Assembly (NCBI GenBank): GCA_051294375.1
Contig: CM119263.1
Location: 26,693,886-26,757,885, forward strand
Source of the DNA: Paraspadella gotoi
Taxonomy: Eukaryota; Animalia; Chaetognatha
Direction of reading: 5' to 3'
Length of the DNA stretch: 64,000 nucleotides
The position numbers and the translations under genes were made by a program. Each line of letters opens with the position of its first letter. The first letter of the stretch is position 1. A model generated the notes under the pieces. The model was not told the origin of the DNA, did not search any database, and worked only from the letters and a program-made list of their open reading frames with translations. Of the stretch, positions 51,044-64,000 are shown in pieces.

Positions 51044-52421
51044 ATCTTTCTTTTTCCTTTCTTTCTTTCTTTCTTTCTTCTTTCTTCTATCCTTTTTTCT
51101 TCACGTTCCCCTACTCAGACGCCGAAACCATTAGAAAAGTTAATGGCGAGAATCTAATGACGAATCATAACGCGGAATGCCTTACCCTCGCCTTATTCCC
51201 TTTCGGCGCCATTGCTCCCATTCACTCGGCCGCTCGAGTCCCAACGATCTCTCACAAGCTCAAGACAAGCACTCACGCAAGCACCCTAAGGGCGTACATT
51301 CGCCGAGTCTCTATTCCCCTTAATAAGCCACCCAAAAGAGATTTTAAAACGCTTGGAAAGTCATGACTTATTTTTTTACCCTCTTTTTGTACTTTTTACG
51401 ATATTGTGAGCTAAGCCTCGCTTCAGGGGCTACAACCTACTTTTACTTACCATCACTTAGTCTATACTTCACCCATTTTCACGCGCCTTCAAGTGGCTCG
51501 CTGGGGTCTCGTTCAAAATGTGAATGAGAGCGAGATACTTTTTTTAGGACAATGAAAAAAAATGAATATCAAGTTTTTTATAAGAATTAAGAAATATAAA
51601 AACAATGCTTGTATAATTATATGTATGATTAAAATCGAAATATTAAACAGGCAAAAGCAAATTTCTATTCTTAGCGAACGGATTATCCTGCATAGAGGCT
51701 AAGTATTAGTAATGATTGTATTGCCGAATAACAAATTATAAATTGTTCTGCAAGTTATTTGGAAGACAGATTAGATTCTACTTTTTATTATAAAAAGGTT
51801 GAAAGAGAAACGCGCTCACAACAAAAAGAGCCCCGTTGTCGGATGCAGGCGGGTCGGGCTCTGCTGGGTCCATGGTGCGAGATGGAAGCAGAATTTATTA
51901 TGAGTGCAAGATTTAGTTTGGCGTAGGAGAGAGAGAGGAGGAAGAGAGAGAGAGAGGAGAGAGAGAAGAGAGAGAGAGAGAAGAAGAGATATAGTCATAA
52001 CGGTCTCACCGGCCAAGTACGAGGCAATGGAAAAGAACAATGTTGCAGCAACGAGAGCGATCAACGCATGCTATAACGGGTGCGCGGCATAGGCGGGGAT
52101 AGATGGCGCAATATTAAAAGAAGGTGGTGAGAGAGATGAGAGAGAGGAGAGAAGGAGAGAGAGAGAGAGAGAGAACCAAAGAGTGGTAGAGGACGGATGA
52201 GTTTCGGAGGGGAGTAAGCCGGGCGGGGGCCCAAACTTCATGTGTCCAAGGATTTGACAATAAGACCAGAGCGCTGAGGAAAGGCGGGCAGAGGGGGGAA
52301 AGGAGAGAGGTGAGGATTTGGAGGTCGTTAGGTGAAAAAAGAACTGGGCATAAAGGAGTAAAAAGAGTGTGTGGAAAACGAACAGTAACATATGGTAGAG
52401 AGGGTGGTAGTCCTTAACGCG

Positions 52422-52475
<54 letters not shown>

Positions 52476-52637
52476 GAAGAGAGAGAGAGAGAGAAGAGAG
52501 AAGAGCAGAGAGTAATGTGAGATTCTGTAGATAGGGTTGTGAGAAAGAAGGTACAGAAAGGAAGTTATAAAACATACCACGAGTCCACAAAAGGCATCTC
52601 GTGCTGACCACAAGAGCAAATTCCAAATAGAAAGCAA

Positions 52638-52687
<50 letters not shown>

Positions 52688-55600
52688 CGGGAGGGATGAA
52701 GAGAGAGTAGAGAAGAAGAGAGAAGAGAGAGAATCTCGTCTGGCAAAGAGATAAAGAAAAGATGAATGATTATGAATATCGTTATGTGTCCGTCTTCCGT
52801 CCGATTTCGCGATTGTGTCTATCAATTCGTCTGGTTTTTTTCGATTTATGCCTACAGTTTTTGATAATATTTCTTTTGAGTGTTTAAATTCCTATCCGGA
52901 TTTCTCAAATTTCTCAGCTAATATATACTGACAATTCTATGTTCCTTTTGATGAAAAGAAAATCGTTATATTTTCTTATATGCTATGAAGACGAACATTA
53001 ATCGCGACTGATTGTTATAAAGATGCCGAGAAAAAATAGCTAAGCTAAGTATGTTTACTTTATATTACCTTTCTGTTGTCCCTTCTCCTTTTTTGTCGTT
53101 CTTTCTGTTTGCCTGTTTCAGTTTATCTTTAGTCGGTTTTTTTTTATTTAAATAAAGGAATCTGAAAGTTGTATTTTCATAATCGGTTCAAATGTATATC
53201 CAGGTTGAAAGGACCGACACAAAGTCGTAGATTGAGATTAATTTTATTTTCACGAAATTGTTAGATTCAATTGATATAGAGGGGAAAATAATTAGGTCTA
53301 ACAAAGCTAGACTAAATATATTACATATTTAATGCAAGACAAAAGTAAAGTTTTATAATAATTTTGTAATGTATAGAAGATTCTTGACCGAAAATAACCC
53401 GCCTAATTCACTCAATTGAATTGCACACCAGAAAAGATTTCTTTTTTTTCTCTTTCCAAAAATATCCATGGAATTGATCCGAGTCTTGACTTAGGGAAAG
53501 AAAAAGTCGTTGCCCTTCGCGAATTCCCAGACTCCGCCATTCCATTCCATTCCATTCCATTCCATTCTCTGGATCTATTTTTGGCTCTCTTTTCCTCCGT
53601 CCATTTTGACTCCATTTCGAGCTCGCGATGGTTCCATTCGAGGTACCATGATATTCATTTTAAGGTTATTTTTGGTTTGTTTTGGCCACTTTAGAGCTAA
53701 AATTGGTTAATNNNNNNNNNNNNNNNNNNNNNNNNNNNNNNNNNNNNNNNNNNNNNNNNNNNNNNNNNNNNNNNNNNNNNNNNNNNNNNNNNNNNNNNNN
53801 NNNNNNNNNNNNNNNNNNNNNNNNNNNNNNNNNNNNNNNNNNNNNNNNNNNNNNNNNNNNNNNNNNNNNNNNNNNNNNNNNNNNNNNNNNNNNNNNNNNN
53901 NNNNNNNNNNNNNNNNNNNNNNNNNNNNNNNNNNNNNNNNNNNNNNNNNNNNNNNNNNNNNNNNNNNNNNNNNNNNNNNNNNNNNNNNNNNNNNNNNNNN
54001 NNNNNNNNNNNNNNNNNNNNNNNNNNNNNNNNNNNNNNNNNNNNNNNNNNNNNNNNNNNNNNNNNNNNNNNNNNNNNNNNNNNNNNNNNNNNNNNNNNNN
54101 NNNNNNNNNNNNNNNNNNNNNNNNNNNNNNNNNNNNNNNNNNNNNNNNNNNNNNNNNNNNNNNTTTTTTTATTTCGGAACAAAGAAAATTGAACTTTTGT
54201 TTAGGTTAGTTTAATTATTATATTTCAAACGTCAAAATTCGTCAATGCGAGACTTTTTTCAGAACAGTTAACCGGCCTCCGCTTGAAATGGAAGACTGTG
54301 TCCTTTCCAATGGAAAACATTTACAAGAGGAGAGGAAACGAGCTTTCCGCGTCCTTTAAACGACACAAAAGCGGCGGCGGTGGCGGCGGTTGCGGCTGCG
54401 NNNNNNNNNNNNNNNNNNNNNNNNNNNNNNNNNNNNNNNNNNNNNNNNNNNNNNNNNNNNNNNNNNNNNNNNNNNNNNNNNNNNNNNNNNNNNNNNNNNN
54501 NNNNNNNNNNNNNNNNNNNNCCCGCCGCTGCCGACCGCCGACGCCGCCTCGCGCTGAGTTCATTTGCGCTTTTTGGCTGCTGCGTAGGGAAAGGGTCGGG
54601 GCGAGAAGTTAAAGATGGAGGGGTGAGTGAAATTGGGTGGGTCGTCTGAAGTGGTAGTTGGTAAGTGTAAGGGTTGGTCGAGTTTGCGGTTTTAAGTGGC
54701 CTAGGAAAGGTAGGGAACGTGAAGGGTGAGGTAGAAAAAATAATAGTAGGGTAGGGATTGGGTGGGGTGGGGTAGGGGAGGCGCGGGGTGGTAAGGAGGC
54801 GGGGGCGGGGACGGACCGAATGAGTGATGAACCCAAAGCTACGACGGGTCTTTTTCTTCAGAAGCACTTGTTGATTTAAGCCAAGGCCGAACAAAAAAGA
54901 ACTGCAACCCTTCTATCGGTCCACAAAGAAGGCTCAGACCAAGAAGAGAANNNNNNNNNNNNNNNNNNNNNNNNNNNNNNNNNNNNNNNNNNNNNNNNNN
55001 NNNNNNNNNNNNNNNNNNNNNNNNNNNNNNNNNNNNNNNNNNNNNNNNNNNNNNNNNNNNNNNNNNNNNNNNNNNNNNNNNNNNNNNNNNNNNNNNNNNN
55101 NNNNNNNNNNNNNNNNNNNNNNNNNNNNNNNNNNNNNNNNNNNNNNNNNNNNNNNNNNNNNNNNNNNNNNNNNNNNNNNNNNNNNNNNNNNNNNNNNNNN
55201 NNNNNNNNNNNNNNNNAAAAGAGGCCGAATACTCAATCGGTTGATTAAAGGAGAGAAGAACCGAGATTCGAGTAATGAAAGTCGCACTATTTGCCACTCG
55301 ATGTCTACTTGGAATTGCCATTCGATCGCCACTCGTCTCTGCCACTCGTCTCATTTTGACCTATTGGTCGTCCCTGCATTGTCAGTCGTTTCTGAAAACT
55401 AAATAAAATTATTTTTCGGTTTTGTGAAAACGAATTCGAAAAAGAATTAGCTTAATTGATTTGATTATGACAGCAATATAGGCTAATTTAAAACAATCTG
55501 CTGAGAGACAACAAAGAGTAATGAGGGCCATACTCTATTACTCATTGAGATGTGAGATTATGAACAGAATTTGGTTTTAAATCAAGAAGCACACGAATGC

Positions 55601-56874
55601 AGCTGTTGAAAAATTCAAGCTGAATTTTATTGTACAATAAACACAATAAACAGTCATCTCTTCCGATTGTAGTAATCGAAAACATCTGTTCCTTATTCTC
55701 TCATCTTCTTCCGTCGCGATAAAATTGAGAAGAATTCGAGAGAATCGAGGGTCACGTGACAAAGTGACGGGCCACGTGACTTCGTGAAGGGTCACGTGTC
55801 ACTCGTTTCGCCCGCGAGGTGGAACGAAAAAGGTCGAGAATGTGGGACGCGAGCTTTGATGATTATGGGACACAAAGGTCGACCCGGGAGGGAGAAGAAG
55901 ATAGAGATGGAGAGATGAGATTTTTAGAGAGAGGNNNNNNNNNNNNNNNNNNNNNNNNNNNNNNNNNNNNNNNNNNNNNNNNNNNNNNNNNNNNNNNNNN
56001 NNNNNNNNNNNNNNNNNNNNNNNNNNNNNNNNNNNNNNNNNNNNNNNNNNNNNNNNNNNNNNNNNNNNNNNNNNNNNNNNNNNNNNNNNNNNNNNNNNNN
56101 NNNNNNNNNNNNNNNNNNNNNNNNNNNNNNNNNNNNNNNNNNNNNNNNNNNNNNNNNNNNNNNNNNNNNNNNNNNNNNNNNNNNNNNNNNNNNNNNNNNN
56201 NNCATCACGATTCTCTCTCGTTATTCCTCAATTTTTTTTGTTGCCATGGAAACTTATTTAATGCGGGTTCGTCGTCGTCGTCGTCGTCGTCGTTTTCTTA
56301 GATTAGGCGGCCTCACGGTTGAAGGGAGGAGTTTTTTCATAAAAATGCGAAGGATGGGGAAAAAACCGAATTTTAATAGAAGATTTAAGCAAGACTGAAA
56401 AAACCTTAAATTTTTTGAACAAGTTTTCTTTTATTACGCTGTAGCTATTTCGGAGTAACTTATATACTAACTCTACCTCCTCCTTAATTTCTCATTACTC
56501 TATTAGAAAAGTTTTGAATACCACAAGTTTTACTTTTTCTTTCAAAACCGAATTCAAAAAGTTTAAAAAAAGTTTTTTTAAGTTATGAAATTATTAAAAC
56601 CATCGTCGCTCAGTTTTAAAAAAAGTTTATTAAGACTTTCATGGTTTTTCTGATGGATTTTTACGAAGTTGTTATTGTTGTTGTTGTTTTTGCCCTTTGA
56701 CGTCGCGCGGAACAGATGGCTTCGAGTAACGGGACCGTTAGATGGAGAACTGGGTAGAATAATGTCATCTTTTACAATATGGAAAGATTTCTCTTTAAAA
56801 GTGTTTTTTTCTGAATTATACTTGCCCCAAATATAATTTTAAAAGGTTAAAGATGAAATTTGTCTCTTTGTCAG

Positions 56875-56978
56875 GCCGTGGATTCTGACGGAAAGGCCAT
56901 CACTGGTCAGGAGCTGTACAATCTCGTCGACGGTCAAGCGTCGGAAATGACCTTACCCAATCTCCAAGCGGAGACATG
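56875..56978 (+). CDS. Lar: LAR-family RPTP FN3 exon B: AVDSDGKAITGQELYNLVDGQASEMTLPNLQAET(W)
   Basis: TGTCTCTTTGTCAG acceptor and TG|GTAAGC donor at 56979; 104 nt, phase 0 to 2, compatible with both neighbours. It contains the FN3 E-F loop motif (NLQAET, compare NLQPET/GLQPDT). Confidence 0.9.
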
Positions 56979-57208
56979 GTAAGCAATCTCTTAAAATAAT
57001 ATATTTATTCAAGTATCTGTCACAGACTTAACGATTTTGGACGGAGTTAATGTTAACTAATTTACTGAAATTTGCATATGCTGTAATCTCCACTACACGT
57101 TTTGTTTTAAATACAACCTTTCTCGATAATCATTTTGTCACATTCATTTTATTTATGAACTTATTATATTATAATATTTAATCGCATTCACATTGATCTT
57201 TGACCCAG

Positions 57209-57291
57209 GTACTCCGTTCGAATGAACGCCTACACGAGGAAAGGAGACGGTGATCGCTCCAAAATGAAACAAGTCAAAACCAAAGGAGCCG
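57209..57291 (+). CDS. Lar: LAR-family RPTP FN3 exon C: (W)YSVRMNAYTRKGDGDRSKMKQVKTKGA
   Basis: CCCAG acceptor at 57204-57208 and G|GTCAGT donor at 57292; 83 nt, phase 2 to 1, with TG+G giving Trp. AYTRKGDGDRS...KTKGA is a hallmark of LAR FN5 as recalled (fly TRKGDGDRS; vertebrate AYTxKGDGARSKPK..TxGA). Confidence 0.93.
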
Positions 57292-57454
57292 GTCAGTTCA
57301 CTTTTCCGCCTCATTTCCTTTTTACTTCCTTTCTTTTTCGCCGCGCGTTCCTCTAAATTTGTTTTTCTACTTTAAAATGTCTTTTACTTTCTCATTCTTC
57401 ATCTACTTTTCTCATTTTCTTCATCGTTTCCTCCTCATATGTCTTTTCTTCTTG

Positions 57455-57541
<87 letters not shown>

Positions 57542-57759
57542 CTTCTTTTTTTCTTTACTTTTCTTTCTTTCTTTATTTTTTCCTTTCTATCTTTCTTTTC
57601 GTTCTTTCCATTTTCTTCGTCTTCGGTTCTTTACGACGATTTTTTTCTTCTTCCAACTTTTGTTTTTTACGAGAGAAAAACTTTTTTTTTTGCTGCGAAA
57701 GGAACTTTGGGTTTTTTTATGAATTGGCGAAGACACCTGCCTCCTTCTTTTATCTCTTT

Positions 57760-58311
<552 letters not shown>

Positions 58312-61300
58312 GATGAAGGCAGACGCGATGAAGAATATTAATCTCGTTACGCCCCTTCCTCCTAAAAAAAATTTTAAAAAACGTTTTTGGGTAAGAAATT
58401 TTAGAAAAATTATTTTTGCAAAATAAATTTCGTCTTTTTTTTTTAAAGTAAATATTCGGAAATATGTAATCAACTTGCAGTCCGCTTCGCACATCCTGAG
58501 AAAACATATTTTTTAAGCTCAATTTTTCGACTAAACTTCACTTGAAATGATTGGAAAAGTCGGAGGTAGTTCGTAAACTTCCTAAAAACAGTTTCTTGGC
58601 TTGTTTGCCTGGCCGTTTCTGCGCCTGTCCGTCCGTCTGACCGGTCTCCTTCGTCCGAAATGTATTTTGGGTGTCCCCGAGTTACGAGTCTTCGCCGGAC
58701 GGATCGTAAAAGGCTGCGTCAGTTGGTTTTCTCCCTTAACTCTCNNNNNNNNNNNNNNNNNNNNNNNNNNNNNNNNNNNNNNNNNNNNNNNNNNNNNNNN
58801 NNNNNNNNNNNNNNNNNNNNNNNNNNNNNNNNNNNNNNNNNNNNNNNNNNNNNNNNNNNNNNNNNNNNNNNNNNNNNNNNNNNNNNNNNTCTCTCTGCTT
58901 TATTTTCTTTCTTTTTACGGCCGCAACTCGTTTGAAATAGCACCGCAGTTGTCATAAAGGTCTTTCTCGGTCTCTTAAGGCAGTCGGTTTCGTCGTTGTC
59001 GTCTTCATTGTTGTCGTCGTCCACAACAGTATTTCCGTTTTAGATTTAAACTAAAGGCTGTTATCTAACGTAATTGCGTCCGTTTGGCTTTGCATTTTCA
59101 ATATTTTTGAAACCGTATTACCAAATCTTCATTAGCTAAAGGTTTTCAGAAACAATATGTATCGTCGTTTTCAGTTTATCATTTTGTAAATTTTTGTACT
59201 TTTTCCTTAATGTCACTTTAATATCTTTTTCATTGCTTCGTCGATGACGATTTCTCATCGTATGAAATATAGTCGTCGTCCTTTCATCGTCTTAATTGTC
59301 GTCGTTTTCTCATCGTCTCAATTATCGTCGTCGTCGACGTCTCTAACGTGTTTCTCATCGCGACTCATGAATATGAAACGCGTAATTGACAACGAGACGA
59401 GATCCCGGGAGCGGCGGAAGGGGTTGGGGGGGATGTTGAAGGTGCTGGAGAATGCGGTGGCGGAGAAGAAATGAGGAAAGGGATGTGGAAGGGGGGAACG
59501 AATATGTGACGAGGAAAGGGTTGGAAAATATACACCTGTGTAAACGAGAGCCCAGTATTGTTGAATGACCTCGCTCTCTCTGTCGGTTTGATATATCGAT
59601 GACATGGTTCTCGTCCCTCCTTGGCTCTCTCTCTCTTCCTCTCGCTCTCCCTCTCTCTCTCTTCTCTCTCTAGCTCCTCTTCTCTCCTCTCTTCTCTCCT
59701 CTCAAACACCCATAATGTCGTCTCTCTTGCTCTCACCGATTATCATCCTGCCACAAGTGAGAATGTTCTGGTTCAGACTCCCTCGAGTCAAATCCGCATT
59801 AATGAGGTCACGCTTCGGCGCTGAAAGGCTTTTTTTTTAAACTAGACCACCTGACGTCTTTTGTTTTGGCGTCGACCGACAGAGGGCCAGAGGCGGCGTT
59901 AGCGTCAGGGGTAGGGACGGCGCTAGTAACCATGTCAATTTGACTTAGTTTTCTTTTATTTTAATAACAATAGCTAGAATTGGACGTAAAAGTCCATGAA
60001 ATGCTTTAATACTTTTAAATATAACCCTCTTTTTTATTCTTCACTCATCCAAATGCCTAATAGAGTAATTTTCCTCTCAGACGAACGTCTCTTTTACCGG
60101 CGCCACAATTTTCGACTTTTCATTATTTTTTTTTCTCAACGGATTCAGACTCCATATTTTTTCACTTCGACTTTTTTATGCCTTTTTTTATAATTTTTAA
60201 ATATTTTTAAATATTTATTTCTTCGAATGACTCGTTTTGAGGAAATTCTTTCCATTTCTTTAAGACTTTTTACTTTTATTTTCTCCTTCTCTGTCTTATT
60301 GCTTTATATCTTAATGTTTTTTTGTTTTTTTTTTTGTTTTTTTACTTTTTTCCTCTTTTGCCTTTTGTTTTTTAATCTTCACGATCGACCCAATTAATTT
60401 GTTTACAAACAACGGGAAGCCTTTTTCGCCCGCCGTCGATTTTGAGCAGACTTCTCAGGAGGGCGCCGCTNNNNNNNNNNNNNNNNNNNNNNNNNNNNNN
60501 NNNNNNNNNNNNNNNNNNNNNNNNNNNNNNNNNNNNNNNNNNNNNNNNNNNNNNNNNNNNNNNNNNNNNNNNNNNNNNNNNNNNNNNNNNNNNNNNNNNN
60601 NNNNNNNNNNNNNNNNNNNNNNNNNNNNNNNNNNNNTTTTCTTTCAATCTCTTCTCTTTTCTCTCTTCGATTTGTTTTTGTTTTTCTTCTTTTCTCCTCG
60701 AATTCTTTTGCCAAAACGAGTTTGTTTACTTCGGCTCTGAATTTGAATTCGTCACCAGCGAATCGGACGCCGAAAGGCTCATGACGAAACGTTTCTCCAT
60801 TTAAATTTTCGTTTACATTTACGCAACACATTTTAACTTTTTTTTTAATTTCGTTGCGTATGAGATTCGAACTGAGGGTTTATTTTTAATATTTCCCAAC
60901 AACGAATTTTGGTTTTTAAAATCGGCCATCTTTCGGTTTTGATACTCGCCTTTTTCAGCACAAAACAAGAGTTGTGATGTTTTGTATCAAGCCGAACTAA
61001 GCGCATTTTTCAAAATAAATTTCGTTGTTTGTAATTATTAAACATAAAACTGTTGGACATAAACTCTCGTCGTGGTGAGCGACCAACGGAAAACCCCGCT
61101 CATCAAAACTGTCTAAATAATCATACATACTAAAATCTCAAATGTGATCAAGCATCAAGCAAGCATACCTACAAATCTTTATCATAAAAATGAAGAAAAA
61201 TTACCGACTGTTTAGCTGTCTTTCAGTCCGACTGTATGATTGCATGATTCCAAATTAAAAAAAATCTCATCCCAACGGAACAGAAGACAAATAACCAGAC

Positions 61301-63320
61301 TAAAACTAAACCTTACCCGACGCAATTCAAACTTACCCAACGCGACCGACTCCTTTCGGCGTAAAAGGGAANNNNNNNNNNNNNNNNNNNNNNNNNNNNN
61401 NNNNNNNNNNNNNNNNNNNNNNNNNNNNNNNNNNNNNNNNNNNNNNNNNNNNNNNNNNNNNNNNNNNNNNNNNNNNNNNNNNNNNNNNNNNNNNNNNNNN
61501 NNNNNNNNNNNNNNNNNNNNNNNNNNNNNNNNNNNNNNNNNNNNNNNNNNNNNNNNNNNNNNNNNNNNNNNNNNNNNNNNNNNNNNNNNNNNNNNNNNNN
61601 NNNNNNNNNNNNNNNNNNNNNNNNNNNNNNNNNNNNNNNNNNNNNNNNNNNNNNNNNNNNNNNNNNNNNNNNNNNNNNNNNNNNNNNNNNNNNNNNNNNN
61701 NNNNNNNNNNNNNNNNNNNNNNNNNNNNNNNNNNNNNNNNNNNNNNNNNNNATTTCTATTTTTGTTTCTAAAAACCTTCCCCCATTTCCTCCTCACGAAA
61801 AAAAAATTGCGAAAAAAAAATATTCTATTTTTATTCTCAAATTTTATTGCTTCGGCGAGTTTTATTTGGGATCTAAGCGTCCGTCTAGTTTACGGGATGA
61901 AAAAGGAGAATTAATTTCGCCAAATGACGAGGGTTTTGTTTTTACGAAGAGCGAAACTGTTTTGTAATGTTAAGTGTCAGTTTTGTTTCGTTTCGATTGT
62001 GTTTGTTTTGTTTCAGTTGGTTTAATTTTTAGGTTATTTTTTTCCTTTCATTTCAATCAACTAATTTAAGTCAATGTTACAAAGTATTCAATTTCTAGTC
62101 TTAAAATTTTTGTCTCTAAACTAAAGCATCAAATGAAATACTGTGTTGTGTCTTTACAGAATTTGCTTGTGACCTTTACGATAAAACACGAAAAATTTTT
62201 TTTTTTTATTTTTAAAAGAAACCGTTGTTATGACTTTCGGACCGCATATGGAATAATTGACTCATCAAAATCTTTTTTTTCTCCTTCTTTTTCTTTTCTC
62301 CAGATTTTTTCTTCTTTAAATTTTATTTCTAATTTCATTGATTTTTCTTTGATTTCGAGATTTTAATCTTTCGAATCTCCACTCGATTTCATCCGCCTCA
62401 CCAACTCTCAACAATGCATCCACACACTACGTACATGTCATCTCTCTACTCATCATCGTCTCTCACTCTCTCATCTCGTACTCGCTCTCACTCTCTCTCC
62501 TCTCCTCTCTCTCTCATCAGCATTTCCTCTCTCTCCTCTTATAGGCAAAGACAAGACCGGAATGTAATTCCTAATTTAATCCCGATCTAGAATCTAAAAT
62601 AATATACAAAATTAAAACCACTTTCAGATCATCAGACTTTCTCGCTCGATGTACTTCCTTCGTGAAACTTTTCAGTTTTTTCAGCGACGAATCCCAATTT
62701 TTAGTCTCAAATTTCGCACTTGATTCAAATTTCATGGTTTTAATGGTTTTTTTGTTTTTTTTTATCTTATTCCCTTTTTGTTAAATGATTAATTAAAAAT
62801 GATATAGTTGTACAGTCTGTTTGGCGATTTTAGACTATCGGTGAAACTGCTAAACCTATTTATGAATCGAATCATCTGAATTTGATCGATTTTCTCAACA
62901 AATGAATTATAAGTTCATTTGACAAACTTTGACTTTTGTTTTGAGTTTTGAGTCTTGAGTCTCAAGTCTCAGGTTTCGAGCGATGAGTTCATCAATCTCA
63001 AGTTCAAAGGTGGCGACGGTAGAGGAGGGGGAGACAATTTGTCGGTCGCTGCACCCGAATAAAGTGTCGGCAAAGTGGGAGGTCTATGACCGACAAGAAG
63101 CGCCCTCTTTGAGGGCGTTGGAGGTGATCACTCCCAACGCCCCGACTCGGATGACCCGTCCGCCAATTGGCCCGTCAGTCTATCCGTCTGTCTGTGAGGC
63201 GTCTGTGAAAATCGTTACATCCTCCCCATCAAACGCGATTGCCGGGATTTTGAAATTGCGGCACTATTTTCCGAAATCACCCCATTTCTTAATCCCTGAT
63301 ATTTTAACCCTCATCTCTTA

Positions 63321-63425
63321 CCTTAGCCCTAATCTCAAACCCTAATACCTAACTCTAAACGAATCCCTAATCATTAATCCTAAACTTTAAACAAATCCCT
63401 AACCTAATCTTTAAACTTAAAAACT
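63321..63425 (+). repeat. Degenerate CCCTAA/CCTAA-rich (telomere-like) low-complexity tract
   Basis: CCCTAA, CCTAAC, CCTAAT and CTAAAC variants recur but do not form a perfect array. Confidence 0.5.
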
Positions 63426-63614
63426 TACTACCTTCTGGGTATTTGCTATTTTTCGTTAAAAATTATTGTTTTAACTTTTATAGTAATTTATAGTACCTCG
63501 CAGCTACACTTTGATTTATTGGAACGGATCTACTTCCTTATGTAGTTTAGGCCATTTTCGGTAAGCGTATTTTTTCGGGTTGAAACGACCAACTTTTACT
63601 CTATCGGCTCATCT

Positions 63615-63648
<34 letters not shown>

Positions 63649-64000
63649 NNNNNNNNNNNNNNNNNNNNNNNNNNNNNNNNNNNNNNNNNNNNNNNNNNNN
63701 NNNNNNNNNNNNNNNNNNNNNNNNNNNNNNNNNNNNNNNNNNNNNNNNNNNNNNNNNNNNNNNNNNNNNNNNNNNNNTTTTCGGTCTTCGTCTCATCTGA
63801 AAGGTTTTCCCCGTTTTACCTCATCCTTCATTCGTCTCTGTCTCTCTCGCTCTCTCTCCTTTTCACTCTCTCTCTATCTCCGTTTCTCCATTCTTTTCGT
63901 CCAGTTTCCCCTTAAAGGCCCAATTCCTTTCATCTTTCTTTCTTTCTTTCCCTACCCCGGGCTCTTCCTATTCTCATCTGTGTCCTCTCCTGTTCACCAT

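Noticed and set aside
54289-54310. TGGAAGACT as miR-7
   Set aside because: Only the seed region matches; the rest diverges and no precursor-length hairpin is evident.
54658-54666. TAG|TTG|GTAAGT as a 3-nt microexon in the phase-0 intron
   Set aside because: The upstream sequence is G/purine-rich with no polypyrimidine tract or branch point.
62983-63345. 120-aa ORF as the next LAR (FN6) exon or a separate gene
   Set aside because: It has no FN3 motif or recognisable domain. The next LAR exon is not visible in 57292-64000 and may lie in a gap or beyond the window.
63321-63425. True telomere or interstitial telomeric array
   Set aside because: It is too degenerate and short, with no consecutive perfect CCCTAA or CCTAA run.

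Overview
This is AT-rich, repeat-dense metazoan (probably invertebrate) draft-assembly DNA with about 18 N-gaps. Almost all ORFs in the supplied track are translations of (GA/CT)n, (TCG)n and T/A-rich low-complexity sequence and are not credible genes. The only coding sequence I can support is three + strand exons (49256-49374, 56875-56978, 57209-57291) with canonical AG/GT sites and matching phases. They splice into one complete fibronectin type III domain of a LAR-family (type IIa) receptor tyrosine phosphatase, most like FN5 of Drosophila Lar and vertebrate PTPRF/D/S. The most interesting signal is directly upstream of the first exon: an ATG in GCCGCCATGG context (48946) opens a stop-free, in-frame N-terminal extension ending in a signal-peptide-like hydrophobic segment, behind a CpG-rich, motif-dense promoter-like region. 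This suggests an internal-promoter short LAR isoform starting at FN5, reminiscent of C. elegans PTP-3B. Other items are a tRNA-Gly-like/SINE head next to a second cloverleaf-like structure (28574-28768), a Helentron/HINE-like 5' end (~372), several minisatellites, periodic E-box clusters, and a ~3.5 kb noisy tandem duplication (17.3-23.4 kb) that looks like a long-read gap-filling artefact. No searches were run; family assignments rest on motif recognition from memory.
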